NCBI GenBank assembly: GCA_963674745.2
Contig: CAXXDV010000003.1
Span: 2,656,853 to 2,720,852, forward strand
Length of the DNA stretch: 64,000 nt
Direction of reading: 5' to 3'
Source: Desulfosudaceae bacterium
GTDB taxonomy: Bacteria; Desulfobacterota; Desulfobacteria; Desulfobacterales; Desulfosudaceae
Made by a program: the position numbers and the translations under genes. Below the pieces are notes generated by a model, which worked only from the letters and a program-made list of their open reading frames with translations, did not search any database and was not told where the DNA came from. Numbering within the stretch: the stretch's first letter is position 1; each line of letters opens with the position of its first letter. This document shows, one piece after another, positions 42,205-52,432 of the stretch.

Positions 42205-42776
42205 ACCATATCTCCTGATTCATAACCTCTTCGCATGGCTTCAAGGTTTTTCTCAACCAGCTCCGGGGGAAGCATTTTGGAGAACACACGACCGGCTTCT
42301 TTGACCAGCTGATCAATGGTAATAATATGATCGCTGGTTTTGGCAAAGGCCCCCATCATGGCGGAATTGGGAATGGTTCTTTTGAACAGTTCCCTGGAAA
42401 TGCTGTTGGCCGGCGTTGTGAAAACCGTCTGCGTATCGGCGCCAAGGCGTTCCTTGACCGCTTGAGCGGGTTTGGACGTATTCACAATATAGATGGTGTC
42501 GGGTTTTACCCCGGAGACAATGGCCCCGCTGCCGATCAGTGTCGGGTCGACCACAACGACCACATCCGGCCGCTGAATCGGCGTATGAATTTTAATGGCC
42601 TCGTCCGAAAACCGGTTATAGGCCCTTAACGGCGCGCCTCTTCTTTCCGGGCCATAGTCCGGAAAGGCGACCACGAATTTCCCGACCCCCTGGACCGCTT
42701 CACCCAGGGATTTGGCGCCGGTGACCGTGCCCTGGCCGCCCCGGCCATGCCACCTGACCTCATAATATTTTGACAT
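42201..42776 (-). CDS. porC: Pyruvate/2-oxoacid:ferredoxin oxidoreductase gamma subunit
   Basis: HGRGGQG, YGPERRGAP. Confidence 0.92.
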   Translation of the reverse strand: MSKYYEVRWHGRGGQGTVTGAKSLGEAVQGVGKFVVAFPDYGPERRGAPLRAYNRFSDEAIKIHTPIQRPDVVVVVDPTLIGSGAIVSGVKPDTIYIVNTSKPAQAVKERLGADTQTVFTTPANSISRELFKRTIPNSAMMGAFAKTSDHIITIDQLVKEAGRVFSKMLPPELVEKNLEAMRRGYESGDMV

Positions 42777-42877
42777 ATATTTCCTCCCGGCCCTCGAAAA
42801 TGCTTAGCATTTCCGGGCCAAACCATCAGTAAAAATTCAAACCGTAACCTGCTTACGTACAACAAATAGAAATGATA

Positions 42878-42914
42878 ATCAAGGGCACCTCTAAAAATTA
42901 GAGGTGCCCTTGAT
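42878..42914. repeat. Perfect 17-bp inverted repeat
   Basis: ATCAAGGGCACCTCTAA-AAA-TTAGAGGTGCCCTTGAT. Confidence 0.8.
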
Positions 42915-43094
42915 GCCTGGTTTTCTCTGAATATTTGGAAAAGGAATATAAGCCGTCAAAACAGGCCATTGGGAAGAGATTGGGGTCGTAAAGCAGCTAT
43001 TTAAAAAATGCGTTGTATGGACGGATTAATAAGCCTCGTTTCCCTGAAAGGGACACGTCGTATAGCCGGTGGCTTTAACCACCGGCATAAGATA

Positions 43095-43706
43095 TCAGGG
43101 CGCAATGACACTATCTGCTTCAACTGCGGTGCTGGCTTTCAAGGGGTATTTTCCTTCAACATCTTTATAAAAATCACGGATCTGCACCATATCAGCGTCA
43201 ATATCTCCGGTCGGCATGACGGCCGGACCGATGCCGCCGGTTTTTCGGCCGTAATCCAGGTAACCCAGCACGATGGGGACGCCGGCGCCGTTGGCGATAT
43301 GATAAAACCCGGTTTTCCAGTACATGACCTTGCTTCGGGTGCCGGAGGGCGGGATAATCATGATTAGTTCTTCGTTCTGATTAAAAGCCTCAACAGATTG
43401 GGCCACGACATTATTCGCTTTTTCCCGGTCAATGGGGATAGTGCCCAGCCATTTGAAAAACGGCCCCATGGGCCAGCGGAACCAGTCCGCCTTCATCATG
43501 ATAAAGGGTTTGATCCTGAAAACGAATGCCAGGCAGACGGTGAACAGAAAATCCCAGTTGGAGGTATGGGGGGCGGCAATAATGACATAGCGGGGGATAT
43601 CGGGTTTCTGCCCTTCGGTTTTCCACCCGAACATCTTTAAGATACAAATGGCCAGCCACCGCATCAGGGTCCTGATGACAGGTGTGTCGTGTACAGTAAA
43701 CCACAT
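43095..43706 (-). CDS. Lysophospholipid acyltransferase (PlsC-like)
   Basis: PHTSNWD (HxxxxD), PSGTR, WKTGFY. Confidence 0.88.
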   Translation of the reverse strand: MWFTVHDTPVIRTLMRWLAICILKMFGWKTEGQKPDIPRYVIIAAPHTSNWDFLFTVCLAFVFRIKPFIMMKADWFRWPMGPFFKWLGTIPIDREKANNVVAQSVEAFNQNEELIMIIPPSGTRSKVMYWKTGFYHIANGAGVPIVLGYLDYGRKTGGIGPAVMPTGDIDADMVQIRDFYKDVEGKYPLKASTAVEADSVIAP

Positions 43707-43985
43707 AATCTTTTATTTCCTTTACTTCGTTTATTTCAGCCGGGGACCAGCCATTGTCGGAAAACTGCCAGAAACATCCGAACCAGTGGAACCAATGGAA
43801 CTGCTGATGGTTTAATGATAAGCCATCAAGCTTTATTATTACAGCGTCAAATGCGGTATTACATTTCTTTTACAATATGCCGCCAAAACGCAAAACCCCG
43901 GCAAACCTTGACAGAAAAACGTGCCCCTGATAAATATTACGACCAACAATATAAAATCATTGCATTTTATGGGGGGACATCCAGG

Positions 43986-45026
43986 GTGGCCGCTTTCAAA
44001 CGAGACCGGATTTTAACCATTGTGTTTTTGCTTTCAATGGCGTTTTTGCCCGTCGACACTTCGGCCCAGGGTCTGGGGCCGTTTCATCTGCCGGCCGTGG
44101 GATTCAATGAGATGTTCCGCGAAACCCCCATGTTTATAAGCCCTTATGATCATTGCCAGGGAAAAGTTCAATTGAATATGACCGTGCGCTGGTTTAACGT
44201 GTGGACGCTCAATATTGAAGCCGAGGAAAAATATGACTGGGACACCCCCCCCGAAGATTTTCCTTTTCAACACGGCAGTTTTCTGCTCGACATGGAAACG
44301 GTTTCCATCAATCCCCGGATTTCCATAAAAATGTCCGAACGATTCAGCCTTAATGCCACCATTCCCGTCGTTCATCAATGCGGGGGGGTTCTGGACGGAT
44401 TTATTGAAGGATTTCATGACACTTTCGACATCGGCCAACACGATCGGGACAAGTGGGAACGAAACGGCACCTCCCTGCTATACGTATCCCGGGAGGGAAA
44501 GATCAACGATTACAGTGATCAGGTTCCGGGAACGTTTCTGGGGAATATCGTTGTCGGCGGTTCTTACCGCATAAGAAGTGCCCCGCCGGCTCTGGGGCTT
44601 CACCTGCTGTGCAAGCTGCCCACATCCAATATGGAGGACGGCTGGGAACAGAACGGCATTGATACGACGATCCAGGTTTCACTGGCCTGGCACCACGATT
44701 CTTTTTTTGGATACCACGGCGCCGGTATAACCTTTTACGGATCCGACGGCATAGATGAACTGGAACTGAAACGGCACCGCTATTCCATGCTCAATACCTT
44801 TGAGTATATGCTTTCGCCCACATTTTCATTACTGGCCCACCTGGTGGCCGCCTCTGCTGCGGCCGACTATCCGGAGCTGGACAATCCGGTTGTCGAACTG
44901 ACCCTGGGGTTTAAGAAACGGATGGGCAGGGGCATGCTGGAGTTCGGGTTGATCGAAAACCTGTTCTTTTATGACAACAGCCCGGATATCGGCGTGCATG
45001 TGGCTTATACCTTTGCCGCGTTTTAA
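43986..45026 (+). CDS. Outer-membrane protein, DUF3187-like
   Basis: Signal peptide, GG.LD.FIE.FHD.F, EN....NSPD, C-terminal Phe; start uncertain. Confidence 0.65.
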   Translation: MAAFKRDRILTIVFLLSMAFLPVDTSAQGLGPFHLPAVGFNEMFRETPMFISPYDHCQGKVQLNMTVRWFNVWTLNIEAEEKYDWDTPPEDFPFQHGSFLLDMETVSINPRISIKMSERFSLNATIPVVHQCGGVLDGFIEGFHDTFDIGQHDRDKWERNGTSLLYVSREGKINDYSDQVPGTFLGNIVVGGSYRIRSAPPALGLHLLCKLPTSNMEDGWEQNGIDTTIQVSLAWHHDSFFGYHGAGITFYGSDGIDELELKRHRYSMLNTFEYMLSPTFSLLAHLVAASAAADYPELDNPVVELTLGFKKRMGRGMLEFGLIENLFFYDNSPDIGVHVAYTFAAF

Positions 45027-45071
45027 AGCCGGGGCCGATTCCGTCTCAAAACTTCTTTCCCGTGAAAATGA

Positions 45072-46835
45072 TCATACGGCCCGGGGTGCCCGTTTTTCAT
45101 GAAGAACCGCCAGTTTTTGATCAAGAAAGAGCTGCCGGTAATATCGCCGCCGCGGTTTGCCGCTGGATGTTTTCTCGAGGCTCCGGGGTTCCACGAACGC
45201 CACGGATCGCACCGACAGGCCATGTCCCTTGGAAACAGCCCCCTGAACCGTCTTTACGGCCTCGTCCCAGAAGGCATCCAGACATGCCGGGTCGGGGTTC
45301 TCGGATTTTGCGTCCGCCGGGAACCGGCGTTCATCCACCTCCGCAATAATCACAAGCTCTTCTAAACCGTCGACATTCTCCGAAACCGCCGCGCAGGACC
45401 CCGCACGAACCGGCGCACCGGACTGCTGAACCGTGAGTTCGATATCGTTCGGATAGTGATTTCGCCCGGCAATGATAATCATATCCTTCAAGCGGCCGGT
45501 CACGTAAACCTCGCCATCGGCCACAAACCCCATGTCTCCGGTACGGAGAAAGGGGCCCTCGTTCGTATCGGCCAGAAAGTTGCCGAATGTATCCGCAGAC
45601 TCTTCGGGCAGCCCCCAGTAACCGCCGGGCACACTTGGACCCCGGACCCACAATTCGCCGACCCGGTCGGGACCGGCTTTGGTGAGGGTGTCAGGCTCAA
45701 CGGCAATCACCTCATGACCGGCCCCCGGTTTGCCGCAACTGATGATATTGCGACCTTCGGCATCATTGTCGGCCAGGGCACAGACCGTGTGGGTTTCCAG
45801 ATCCGGCGCACTTAACGTGAGCACTTTGGGCGGATCGGACATCGATTTCAGCCCGGCCACGAACAGCACGGACTCGGCCATGCCGTAGGTGGGCATAAAG
45901 GTCTGGGGCCGGAACCCGTAGGGCTTGAATTTTTCGATGAACCGTTCCAGGGTCTGTTGAAGTACCGGCTCACCGCCGTTTCCCGCGATCAGCCAGTGGC
46001 TCAGATCAAGCCCCTGGCAGTCTTCGGGTTTGACCCGCCGGATCGTGTACTCGTAACCGAAATTCGGACAGGCGGTATTGGCCACCTTGTAATGGCTCAT
46101 GGCGCGCAGCCAGCGGACCGGTTTTTTGAGAAACTCCATGGGAGACATCAGGGTGGACTCATAACCGTAATACACCGGTCCCAGCACAAACCCGACCAGA
46201 CACAGGTCATGGTAGTGGGGTGCCCACACCATGGCCGGTTTTTCCGGGTTAAGGCGCAGCATCTCACCCATGACCCGAACGTTTGACACGGCATTTAAAT
46301 GGCTGACAGAAACCCCTTTGGGATGCCCGGTGGAACCCGAAGTAAACTGCAGGTAAGCGATCTCTTCCATCCCGGCCCAGGGACCGGCCCAGTCGTCGGC
46401 AAGCCGGTCGGTCACCGCTCTTAATTCAACCGGCAGATCAGCCGCCATGGCTGCGACCATCTCGGCCAGTTCCCGGGTGGTCAGGACCGTTGAGGCACCG
46501 CAGGCAGCGGCTGTATTGATAATCCGTCCCAGCGGGTTCTTGCTGCGGGGGTTGGGCAGCGGTACGGGAACCGCCCTGGCACCGGCCAGAAGGCACCCGT
46601 AAAAGGCCTTCACAAATTCAAGCCCGGGAGGGAAAGCAAGCAACACACTGGCGCCTGTCAGTCCCTGTTCGACGAGGTCTTGGGCCACCCCGGCGCTCTG
46701 GCGATAAAGTTCTGAAAAGGTCCACTCGGTGATCGGCCCGTCTACTTCGCCGTTTTCCAAAAAGCGAAAGGCCAGATCATTGGCGTTTTTCGTGGCCCGT
46801 TCTCTTAAAAAATCGATAATCGTCATATTAACCAC
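45072..46835 (-). CDS. Fatty acyl-AMP ligase
   Basis: LQFTSGSTGHPKGV, PNFGY, YGMAE, FLRTGD, GRNHYPNDIE, KTSSGK. Confidence 0.9.
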   Translation of the reverse strand: MVNMTIIDFLRERATKNANDLAFRFLENGEVDGPITEWTFSELYRQSAGVAQDLVEQGLTGASVLLAFPPGLEFVKAFYGCLLAGARAVPVPLPNPRSKNPLGRIINTAAACGASTVLTTRELAEMVAAMAADLPVELRAVTDRLADDWAGPWAGMEEIAYLQFTSGSTGHPKGVSVSHLNAVSNVRVMGEMLRLNPEKPAMVWAPHYHDLCLVGFVLGPVYYGYESTLMSPMEFLKKPVRWLRAMSHYKVANTACPNFGYEYTIRRVKPEDCQGLDLSHWLIAGNGGEPVLQQTLERFIEKFKPYGFRPQTFMPTYGMAESVLFVAGLKSMSDPPKVLTLSAPDLETHTVCALADNDAEGRNIISCGKPGAGHEVIAVEPDTLTKAGPDRVGELWVRGPSVPGGYWGLPEESADTFGNFLADTNEGPFLRTGDMGFVADGEVYVTGRLKDMIIIAGRNHYPNDIELTVQQSGAPVRAGSCAAVSENVDGLEELVIIAEVDERRFPADAKSENPDPACLDAFWDEAVKTVQGAVSKGHGLSVRSVAFVEPRSLEKTSSGKPRRRYYRQLFLDQKLAVLHEKRAPRAV

Positions 46836-47089
46836 AACAACTCCTTCGCATTTCCGCCATCGGCAGGGACAACAATAAAAAAATTAAGAAAATTTTACGC
46901 TCGGTGGTAATTCTTATCCGAATTTTTCACATTTTGCCATTATTTTTATCAATTACAAACGATTTGCACTAAACGCCATATCGGCCCCATTTATTGCTGA
47001 TATCACTTCTTTTTTTATTTTACTAAAAAAACTTGCAATACGGTAAATTGAAAGCCATCGTTTCAATATGCAAGGTTATATAAACAGAT

Positions 47090-47392
47090 TCACCTAATAG
47101 CCTTTTCGATTTCTTTTATATCATCTTTTACCTGTTTCAGTTTTTGTTTATAACTTTTTCTACGGGTTACCTGCTCCATTATATTGCGGGCATCTTCTGA
47201 ATCAACCGACCCTATATAGTTAAATTTTACCCTTCCCTCTTGACGGCTTGCAAGGTAAAGATATTCCCGTTTATTGCGTTTTTTTATTGATATCGTTCCT
47301 TTGGGCAATGAGTCGATTATATCTGAATACTTGTGGCAAAGCGCTTGTAAACGATCATGCTCTTCCTGCAAAATATTTTTTACATAACCCAT
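47090..47392 (-). CDS. Conserved hypothetical protein
   Basis: LPKGTI.IK...Y.YL..R..G.VK..YIG pattern followed by a coiled coil. Confidence 0.6.
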   Translation of the reverse strand: MGYVKNILQEEHDRLQALCHKYSDIIDSLPKGTISIKKRNKREYLYLASRQEGRVKFNYIGSVDSEDARNIMEQVTRRKSYKQKLKQVKDDIKEIEKAIR

Positions 47393-47479
47393 ACAGGCCC
47401 CCGGAACATTGCCTAACATTTACAAATAAATATTATATTGTTAGGCAATTCCTGTCAAGCCAAAATCAAAAATAAAGAG

Positions 47480-47682
47480 CATCTAGGAGAAAGTCCATTC
47501 AGGCATGTCTTAAAATGCATTGAAACGCACCACAATCAACAACGACCTCACCAGGGAATTGATAATAAGATACCGGATATGGGTTTGATTATCCGGACAA
47601 ACCGGCCGATTCCGAAGACGTCCGCTGTCAGTCTATGTTTGGTGGCCTGCTTAATCACTACTACGTAAAAAGGGCTGCCTGA
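47480..47682 (+). pseudogene. 3' remnant of the integrase/transposase at 49117-50193
   Basis: DNA closely matches ~49995-50193 (RHVLKCIETHHNQQRPHQGI...KRAA*) with a frameshift. Confidence 0.85.
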
Positions 47683-47930
47683 TAGCGGCCTTTACCTTCA
47701 TGTCATTGCCCGACTTGATCGGGCAATCCAGCCAATTTTACCTGAATCATCCGGTCGTTTTCCTTTTAAGCCCTCGACGTGACTGTTTTTATCGTTGTAT
47801 GAATATTTGTATATTACAAGGCTGGTTGTCTTCACCCCAATCAAAATCGATAAATAATCTTTGACATATTTGTTATAATTTATAATACTTATAGTTGTCG
47901 GCACTAATGATTAGACGTTGAGGTAACAGC

Positions 47931-48173
47931 ATGGAAACAGACAAAATATATAATGACATATCAAATCTTCCCCCGGAAGCGCAGCGGCAGATAGTTGATT
48001 TCATCGATTTCTTAAAACTTCGCTATCAAAAACCACTGCAAACGAAATCATCTCAAAAAGGAAGAATTACCGATTCTCCTTTTATCGGTATTTGGAAAGA
48101 CCGCAAGGATATGGAAGATAGTACCAAGTGGGTTCGTAACCTCAGAGGCTCTGAGTGGGGCGGAACTTCCTGA
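47931..48173 (+). CDS. Antitoxin (DUF2281-like)
   Basis: LPPEAQRQIVDFIDFL...FIGIWKDR; immediately upstream of a PIN toxin. Confidence 0.75.
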   Translation: METDKIYNDISNLPPEAQRQIVDFIDFLKLRYQKPLQTKSSQKGRITDSPFIGIWKDRKDMEDSTKWVRNLRGSEWGGTS

Positions 48174-48175
48174 AT

Positions 48176-48565
48176 ATGATAATTGTTGATACAGATATCT
48201 TGATCGATGCCGGCCGCAATGTTGATGATGCATTGGCCTGTCTTGAACAACTGGAAGAGAAATTTCAAATAGCAATAAGCAGCATTACCCAAATGGAGCT
48301 TATTGTTGGATGTGAGAATAAAAACGAATTACAGTCTCTGGGGCTTTTTTTAGAAAACCTTCAGGTTTTTCATGTAAATGAACAAATCTCTGATACTGCT
48401 ACAGACTTGTTAAAAACCTACCGCTTGAGTCACGGTCTGCTCATACCTGATGCGCTTATCGCCGCAACATCCATAACCACTGATATCCCTTTTATTTCAA
48501 AAAATCAGCGTGACTATCGGTTTATAGAAAAATTACAGCTTCTTCCGTACCCCAATCCATTTTAA
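48176..48565 (+). CDS. vapC: VapC/PIN-domain toxin
   Basis: IVDTDILID, ELIVG, DALIAAT, N.RDY. Confidence 0.9.
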   Translation: MIIVDTDILIDAGRNVDDALACLEQLEEKFQIAISSITQMELIVGCENKNELQSLGLFLENLQVFHVNEQISDTATDLLKTYRLSHGLLIPDALIAATSITTDIPFISKNQRDYRFIEKLQLLPYPNPF

Positions 48566-48667
48566 TCAACTGGTTGACATACGACAAAACAGTTCAGACA
48601 GAGTCTCTTTCTCTGGGATGGAACTAACGGAAGAACGAAAGAAGGATTATTTAAGGAGGAAAAAGAA

Positions 48668-48943
48668 ATGAGTGATGTTCAGAAATATATCAAAAAAAGA
48701 AAGGCAAAGGATAAAGCTTTTGCCAAAGGGTTTGATTCAGGATACGAACAGTTTAAAGTCGGCGTGATGCTGAAAATGGCACGTGAAGAAGCAGGCCTAA
48801 CCCAGGAAGAGCTTGCAAAAAAAATGAATACCAAAAAATCCGCCATTTCTAGAATTGAAAATCACGCTGAAGATATCAAGCTTTCCACTTTAGAAAAATT
48901 TGCCAATGCGCTCGGCAAGCAGATCGAATTAAAGGTTGCCTAA
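48668..48943 (+). CDS. HigA-like Xre antitoxin (orphan)
   Basis: [27 protein letters not shown]...LSTL; only the last codons of a toxin-like frame precede it. Confidence 0.8.
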   Translation: MSDVQKYIKKRKAKDKAFAKGFDSGYEQFKVGVMLKMAREEAGLTQEELAKKMNTKKSAISRIENHAEDIKLSTLEKFANALGKQIELKVA

Positions 48944-49116
48944 AACAGCCCCTCCCTTCACCCGAATCAAACTGGGTCCCTCTCCCGTGGATGGCATTTA
49001 CTGCGGATCTTTTTCAAATCAGAGATATTGACATGACTTTCTCTACCATGATAATGCCGAACCACAGTCAATAACGAACCCTAAAACATCAAAACCTTCT
49101 CATATGAAAGAAAGCC

Positions 49117-50193
49117 ATGGAAGGCAAGTTATCGCTTCAGGCAACACAGTTTTTAGCGGCTATCGGCCGATTATTCAAATCCCGAATCGCTCTTGAAAAT
49201 GCTTACCTGCTGCAGGAGAATAAAATCCTGCGCAGCAAAATTGGCAAGCGCGTTCCATTGACAGACGCGGAACGCCGGATTCTGGTCAGCGTTGGTATGC
49301 CCATAAAGGATCGGCTGGCCCAGATCATCTCTATTGTAAAACCCGAGACTTTGCTGGCCTTGCACCGGCGCATGAAAAAAGCCAAGTGGACGTATGATAA
49401 TACCCGCAAAAAACCTGGACGGCCAAAGACGCCGGAACAAACGGAAAGCCTTGTCCTGCAAATCGCCCATGAAAATAATATTGGCTATACCCGTATCGCC
49501 GGTGAGCTGATGAAACTGGGCCACTGCCTCTCACCCACTACTGTGGCCAACATCTTAAAAAAGCACGGCCTGCCGCCAGCACCTCAACGCAAAGGCCTGC
49601 CTTGGGCAACCTTCATTAAGTCTCATTTGAACGTCATCTGGGCCACCGACTCTTTTACTGAAGAAGTCTGGACGGCAAGAGGCTTGGTTACATTCTACGT
49701 GCTGTTTTTCATTCACCTTGGCACCTGTAGCGTGCATATCGCCGGCTGCACGCCTCACCCGAATGCTGCCTGGATGAAACAGCAGGCCAGAAACCTGTCC
49801 ATGAAACTTGCCGACGACCAGGCGCCCTGCAGGTATATTATTCATGATCGGGATTCAAGTTTTATACCGTTTGATCAAATCATCAAAACCGACGGCATCA
49901 AAATCGTCAAGACACCACCCAAAACGCCTATGTGTAATGCCTATGCCGAACGATTTGTCCGGGAAGCCAGAGAGACTCTGAACAATATCATCCCTTTGGG
50001 GGAAAGGCATTTTCGGCATGTTCTTAAATGTATTGAAACGCATCACAATCAACAACGACCTCACCAGGGTATAAACAATCGCATACCAGACGGGTTTGAT
50101 TTTCCCGACAAACCCGCCGATCCCGAAGACGTTCGCTGCCAACCCATGCTCGGCGGACTGCTTAATCATTACTACGTAAAAAAGGCTGCCTGA
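49117..50193 (+). mobile_element. DDE (rve) integrase-core transposase
   Basis: PGRP, GYTRIAGEL, WATD, IHDRD, N.YAERFV, N.QRPHQG, LGGLL.HY. Confidence 0.85.
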
Positions 50194-50211
50194 TAGCAGC
50201 CTTTACCTCCA

Positions 50212-50420
50212 CGTCATTGCCCGACTTGCCTTGGATGTCATTGCCTGACGCCCACCTCTGTCATTGCCCGGCTTGACCGAGCAATCCAGCAAAACCGACT
50301 GCCATATATATTGAATCCGGCCAATTTTACTCTGGATCATCCGGTCGAGCCGATGACGTGCAGGGGCGTCATTACCCGGCACTTACCACTGTCATTGCCC
50401 GGCATGATCGGGCAATCCAG
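50212..50420. repeat. Cluster of GTCATTGCCCG-N-CGGGCAATCCAG palindromic repeats
   Basis: Several full and partial copies; same family at 47701-47730 and 59010-59740. Confidence 0.8.
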
Positions 50421-50531
50421 TCATCCGACAGGCCAAACAAACCACAAAAACGGATGAGATATTCCTGTCTTTCTCCTTTTAAACCCTCAGCCTGCCTTTT
50501 TTTATCGCCGTATGAATATTTGTATAGTACA

Positions 50532-50700
50532 CGGCAGAATGGGTGCGCTTTTTGCGGGCGCGGCGCAAAAAGGCAAAAACCCTGGAATATACAAATTGAC
50601 CTCCCACCTTGTACATTCCAGGGTTTTTGAGTTTTTTCTGGAATAAGATTGATCCGCTTCCGCTTATCTGTTCCAGAAAAAACCGTCACCCACTAACACA
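50532..50700. other. Conserved structured non-coding element, copy 1
   Basis: Homologous to 59818-59987; three hairpins in a GGGTG/CACCC closing stem, with compensatory changes between copies. Confidence 0.75.
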
Positions 50701-50761
50701 CATGAAACGAGAAAGAACAAATGTGAAAATATAAAGGGCGTTCCCTACTCCGTCTCGTCCC

Positions 50762-51595
50762 CTACTCCGTCTGGATTGTCCCCATCTTTTTATCAAACTG
50801 CTTTATAATATTGTCACTTAAAATATTTTTAATAAATAAATCCATATCAGAAGAAGATTCAACAGTTTGTTCATATACTACGGCTCCCCCGTCAACCTCT
50901 ATGGCTTTAATATTTAAACTAGACTTCTTCATTCCTTGAATTATAAGAGCACCGTTAGCCGCTTTAAGTTTGCCCATTTTTTGTTTGAAGGTTTTTTGCC
51001 GTTTGCTGACAGCAAAAGATTCTTGGAGAAATAGGCATTCTTCAACATATCTTCGTGTAAGAATGGAAATGCCCTCGGTTTTAATAAGACGAGTAATAAA
51101 AAGGGAACTCAGATTATTACAGGGGTCATTTCTTATTATTGATAGATTTATTCCTTTTAATTCTCCATGAACAAATTTTTCGTTGTAATTTTCAATTATT
51201 TTAAAGATAGCATTTTTATTATCCCTGAAACTACTGATCAAATTAGCGCCTTCTTGCATTTGATGAAATATTATTATCCCATTTTTGGCATTTATTATTT
51301 CAGTAGAAATAAATATCTGATTAGAAGAATCTTTACATTTTCTCATAGTTATCAAAAACATCCTATCATCAGCAGTTATTCGTTTATATAACTGCAAAGT
51401 ATCATTAACTTCAAACATTTCGTTGCTTAATTCGCTAAATCCTTTCTCAAGGCATAATTTCTTAATTTCTATTTCCGCCTCAAGGCCACTTGAATTAAAA
51501 TCAAATCCAATAATCAGCTCACCAGCGCTTACATTAATTGCTAACAGAATCATAAGGATAAAAAATGAATAAAGAGTTATAGTTTTCATTTTCAA
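50762..51595 (-). CDS. Putative immunity/partner protein of Rhs tip 1, exported
   Basis: AT-rich; directly downstream of the Rhs tip; signal peptide ending NVSA. Confidence 0.6.
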   Translation of the reverse strand: MKMKTITLYSFFILMILLAINVSAGELIIGFDFNSSGLEAEIEIKKLCLEKGFSELSNEMFEVNDTLQLYKRITADDRMFLITMRKCKDSSNQIFISTEIINAKNGIIIFHQMQEGANLISSFRDNKNAIFKIIENYNEKFVHGELKGINLSIIRNDPCNNLSSLFITRLIKTEGISILTRRYVEECLFLQESFAVSKRQKTFKQKMGKLKAANGALIIQGMKKSSLNIKAIEVDGGAVVYEQTVESSSDMDLFIKNILSDNIIKQFDKKMGTIQTE

Positions 51596-51613
51596 CTTTA
51601 CACCCCTAAATAT

Positions 51614-52432
51614 TTATTGTCCGGTAAGGTAATTGTTCGGTGTTGATTGATATGGTGATGGTTTAATTAGTTTAAGTAGAAAGTTGTGGGTTCTAATTTC
51701 ACCATAATTGAGTTCTGAAACGTATTTTTCACTGGATGAGCTACGATCGACTCCATATAATTCCGCATCAGGATTATATATAGGCGGCATAAATCGTCCA
51801 TTCATTTTTACTATTTCAAGCATGTCATCAGAGTTTACAAACACTTCGAACTTATACTTTTCTGGTACTATAAAAGCGTAATTTCCTTTTTCATTAGTTA
51901 AGCTATAGTAGCAACAATCTCCATCAAGAATATCTAAAAGGACCGTTGCATTTTGCACTGGTGTTAAACGCACCGTATTAAAAATGGCGTTAACTCGACC
52001 TTTTATCACACCATATACTTTGACTTTAAAAATATCCCCGGGTTGAATTAAATCTGGAAGATTATGTCGTCCCGGCGCTGGCTCTTCAAGAGATAACCAT
52101 TGAGGCCAATCGCCTAGTGACAAATTTGACAATTTCTCTTCTTTAATTCTATCAATTAAACCCGATATTGTATCATTACACTCCGCTTCCCATTCTTCCC
52201 AAGTTAATTCATCCGCAGCAATATCACTTCCGTTTTGGACTCGTTTTAGGAGGACTTTAACTATACGATACGAAATCTCCTTCCATAGTCCTATAGGGTC
52301 ATAATAACTAGAAGGAGCATTTACAATGAAACAATATAGATTCAAGCCGCCTGTTTCCTCAATTGGATCCCGATTAATCCATCTTCCCATCTCAGCAGAA
52401 TAGTATCTGTAACCAGATATTACAACGCGCAT
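51614..52432 (-). CDS. Rhs core C-terminus plus variable tip 1 (LysM-like and carboxypeptidase-regulatory-like domains)
   Basis: GYRYYSAEMGRWINRDPIEETGGLNLYCF..N.P..YYDPIGL followed by a unique AT-rich tip. Confidence 0.88.
   Translation of the reverse strand: MRVVISGYRYYSAEMGRWINRDPIEETGGLNLYCFIVNAPSSYYDPIGLWKEISYRIVKVLLKRVQNGSDIAADELTWEEWEAECNDTISGLIDRIKEEKLSNLSLGDWPQWLSLEEPAPGRHNLPDLIQPGDIFKVKVYGVIKGRVNAIFNTVRLTPVQNATVLLDILDGDCCYYSLTNEKGNYAFIVPEKYKFEVFVNSDDMLEIVKMNGRFMPPIYNPDAELYGVDRSSSSEKYVSELNYGEIRTHNFLLKLIKPSPYQSTPNNYLTGQ
52401..52432. other. Candidate recombination (att) site, copy 1
   Basis: TGTAA-CCAGATA-TTACA (52408-52424); DNA identity with copy 2 ends at 52401. Confidence 0.7.

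Noticed and set aside
50372..50689. ORFs sharing QKPWNVQGGRSICIFQGFCL (also 59545-59928)
   Set aside because: The shared peptide comes from the invariant hairpin; flanking changes preserve base pairing, not protein sequence.
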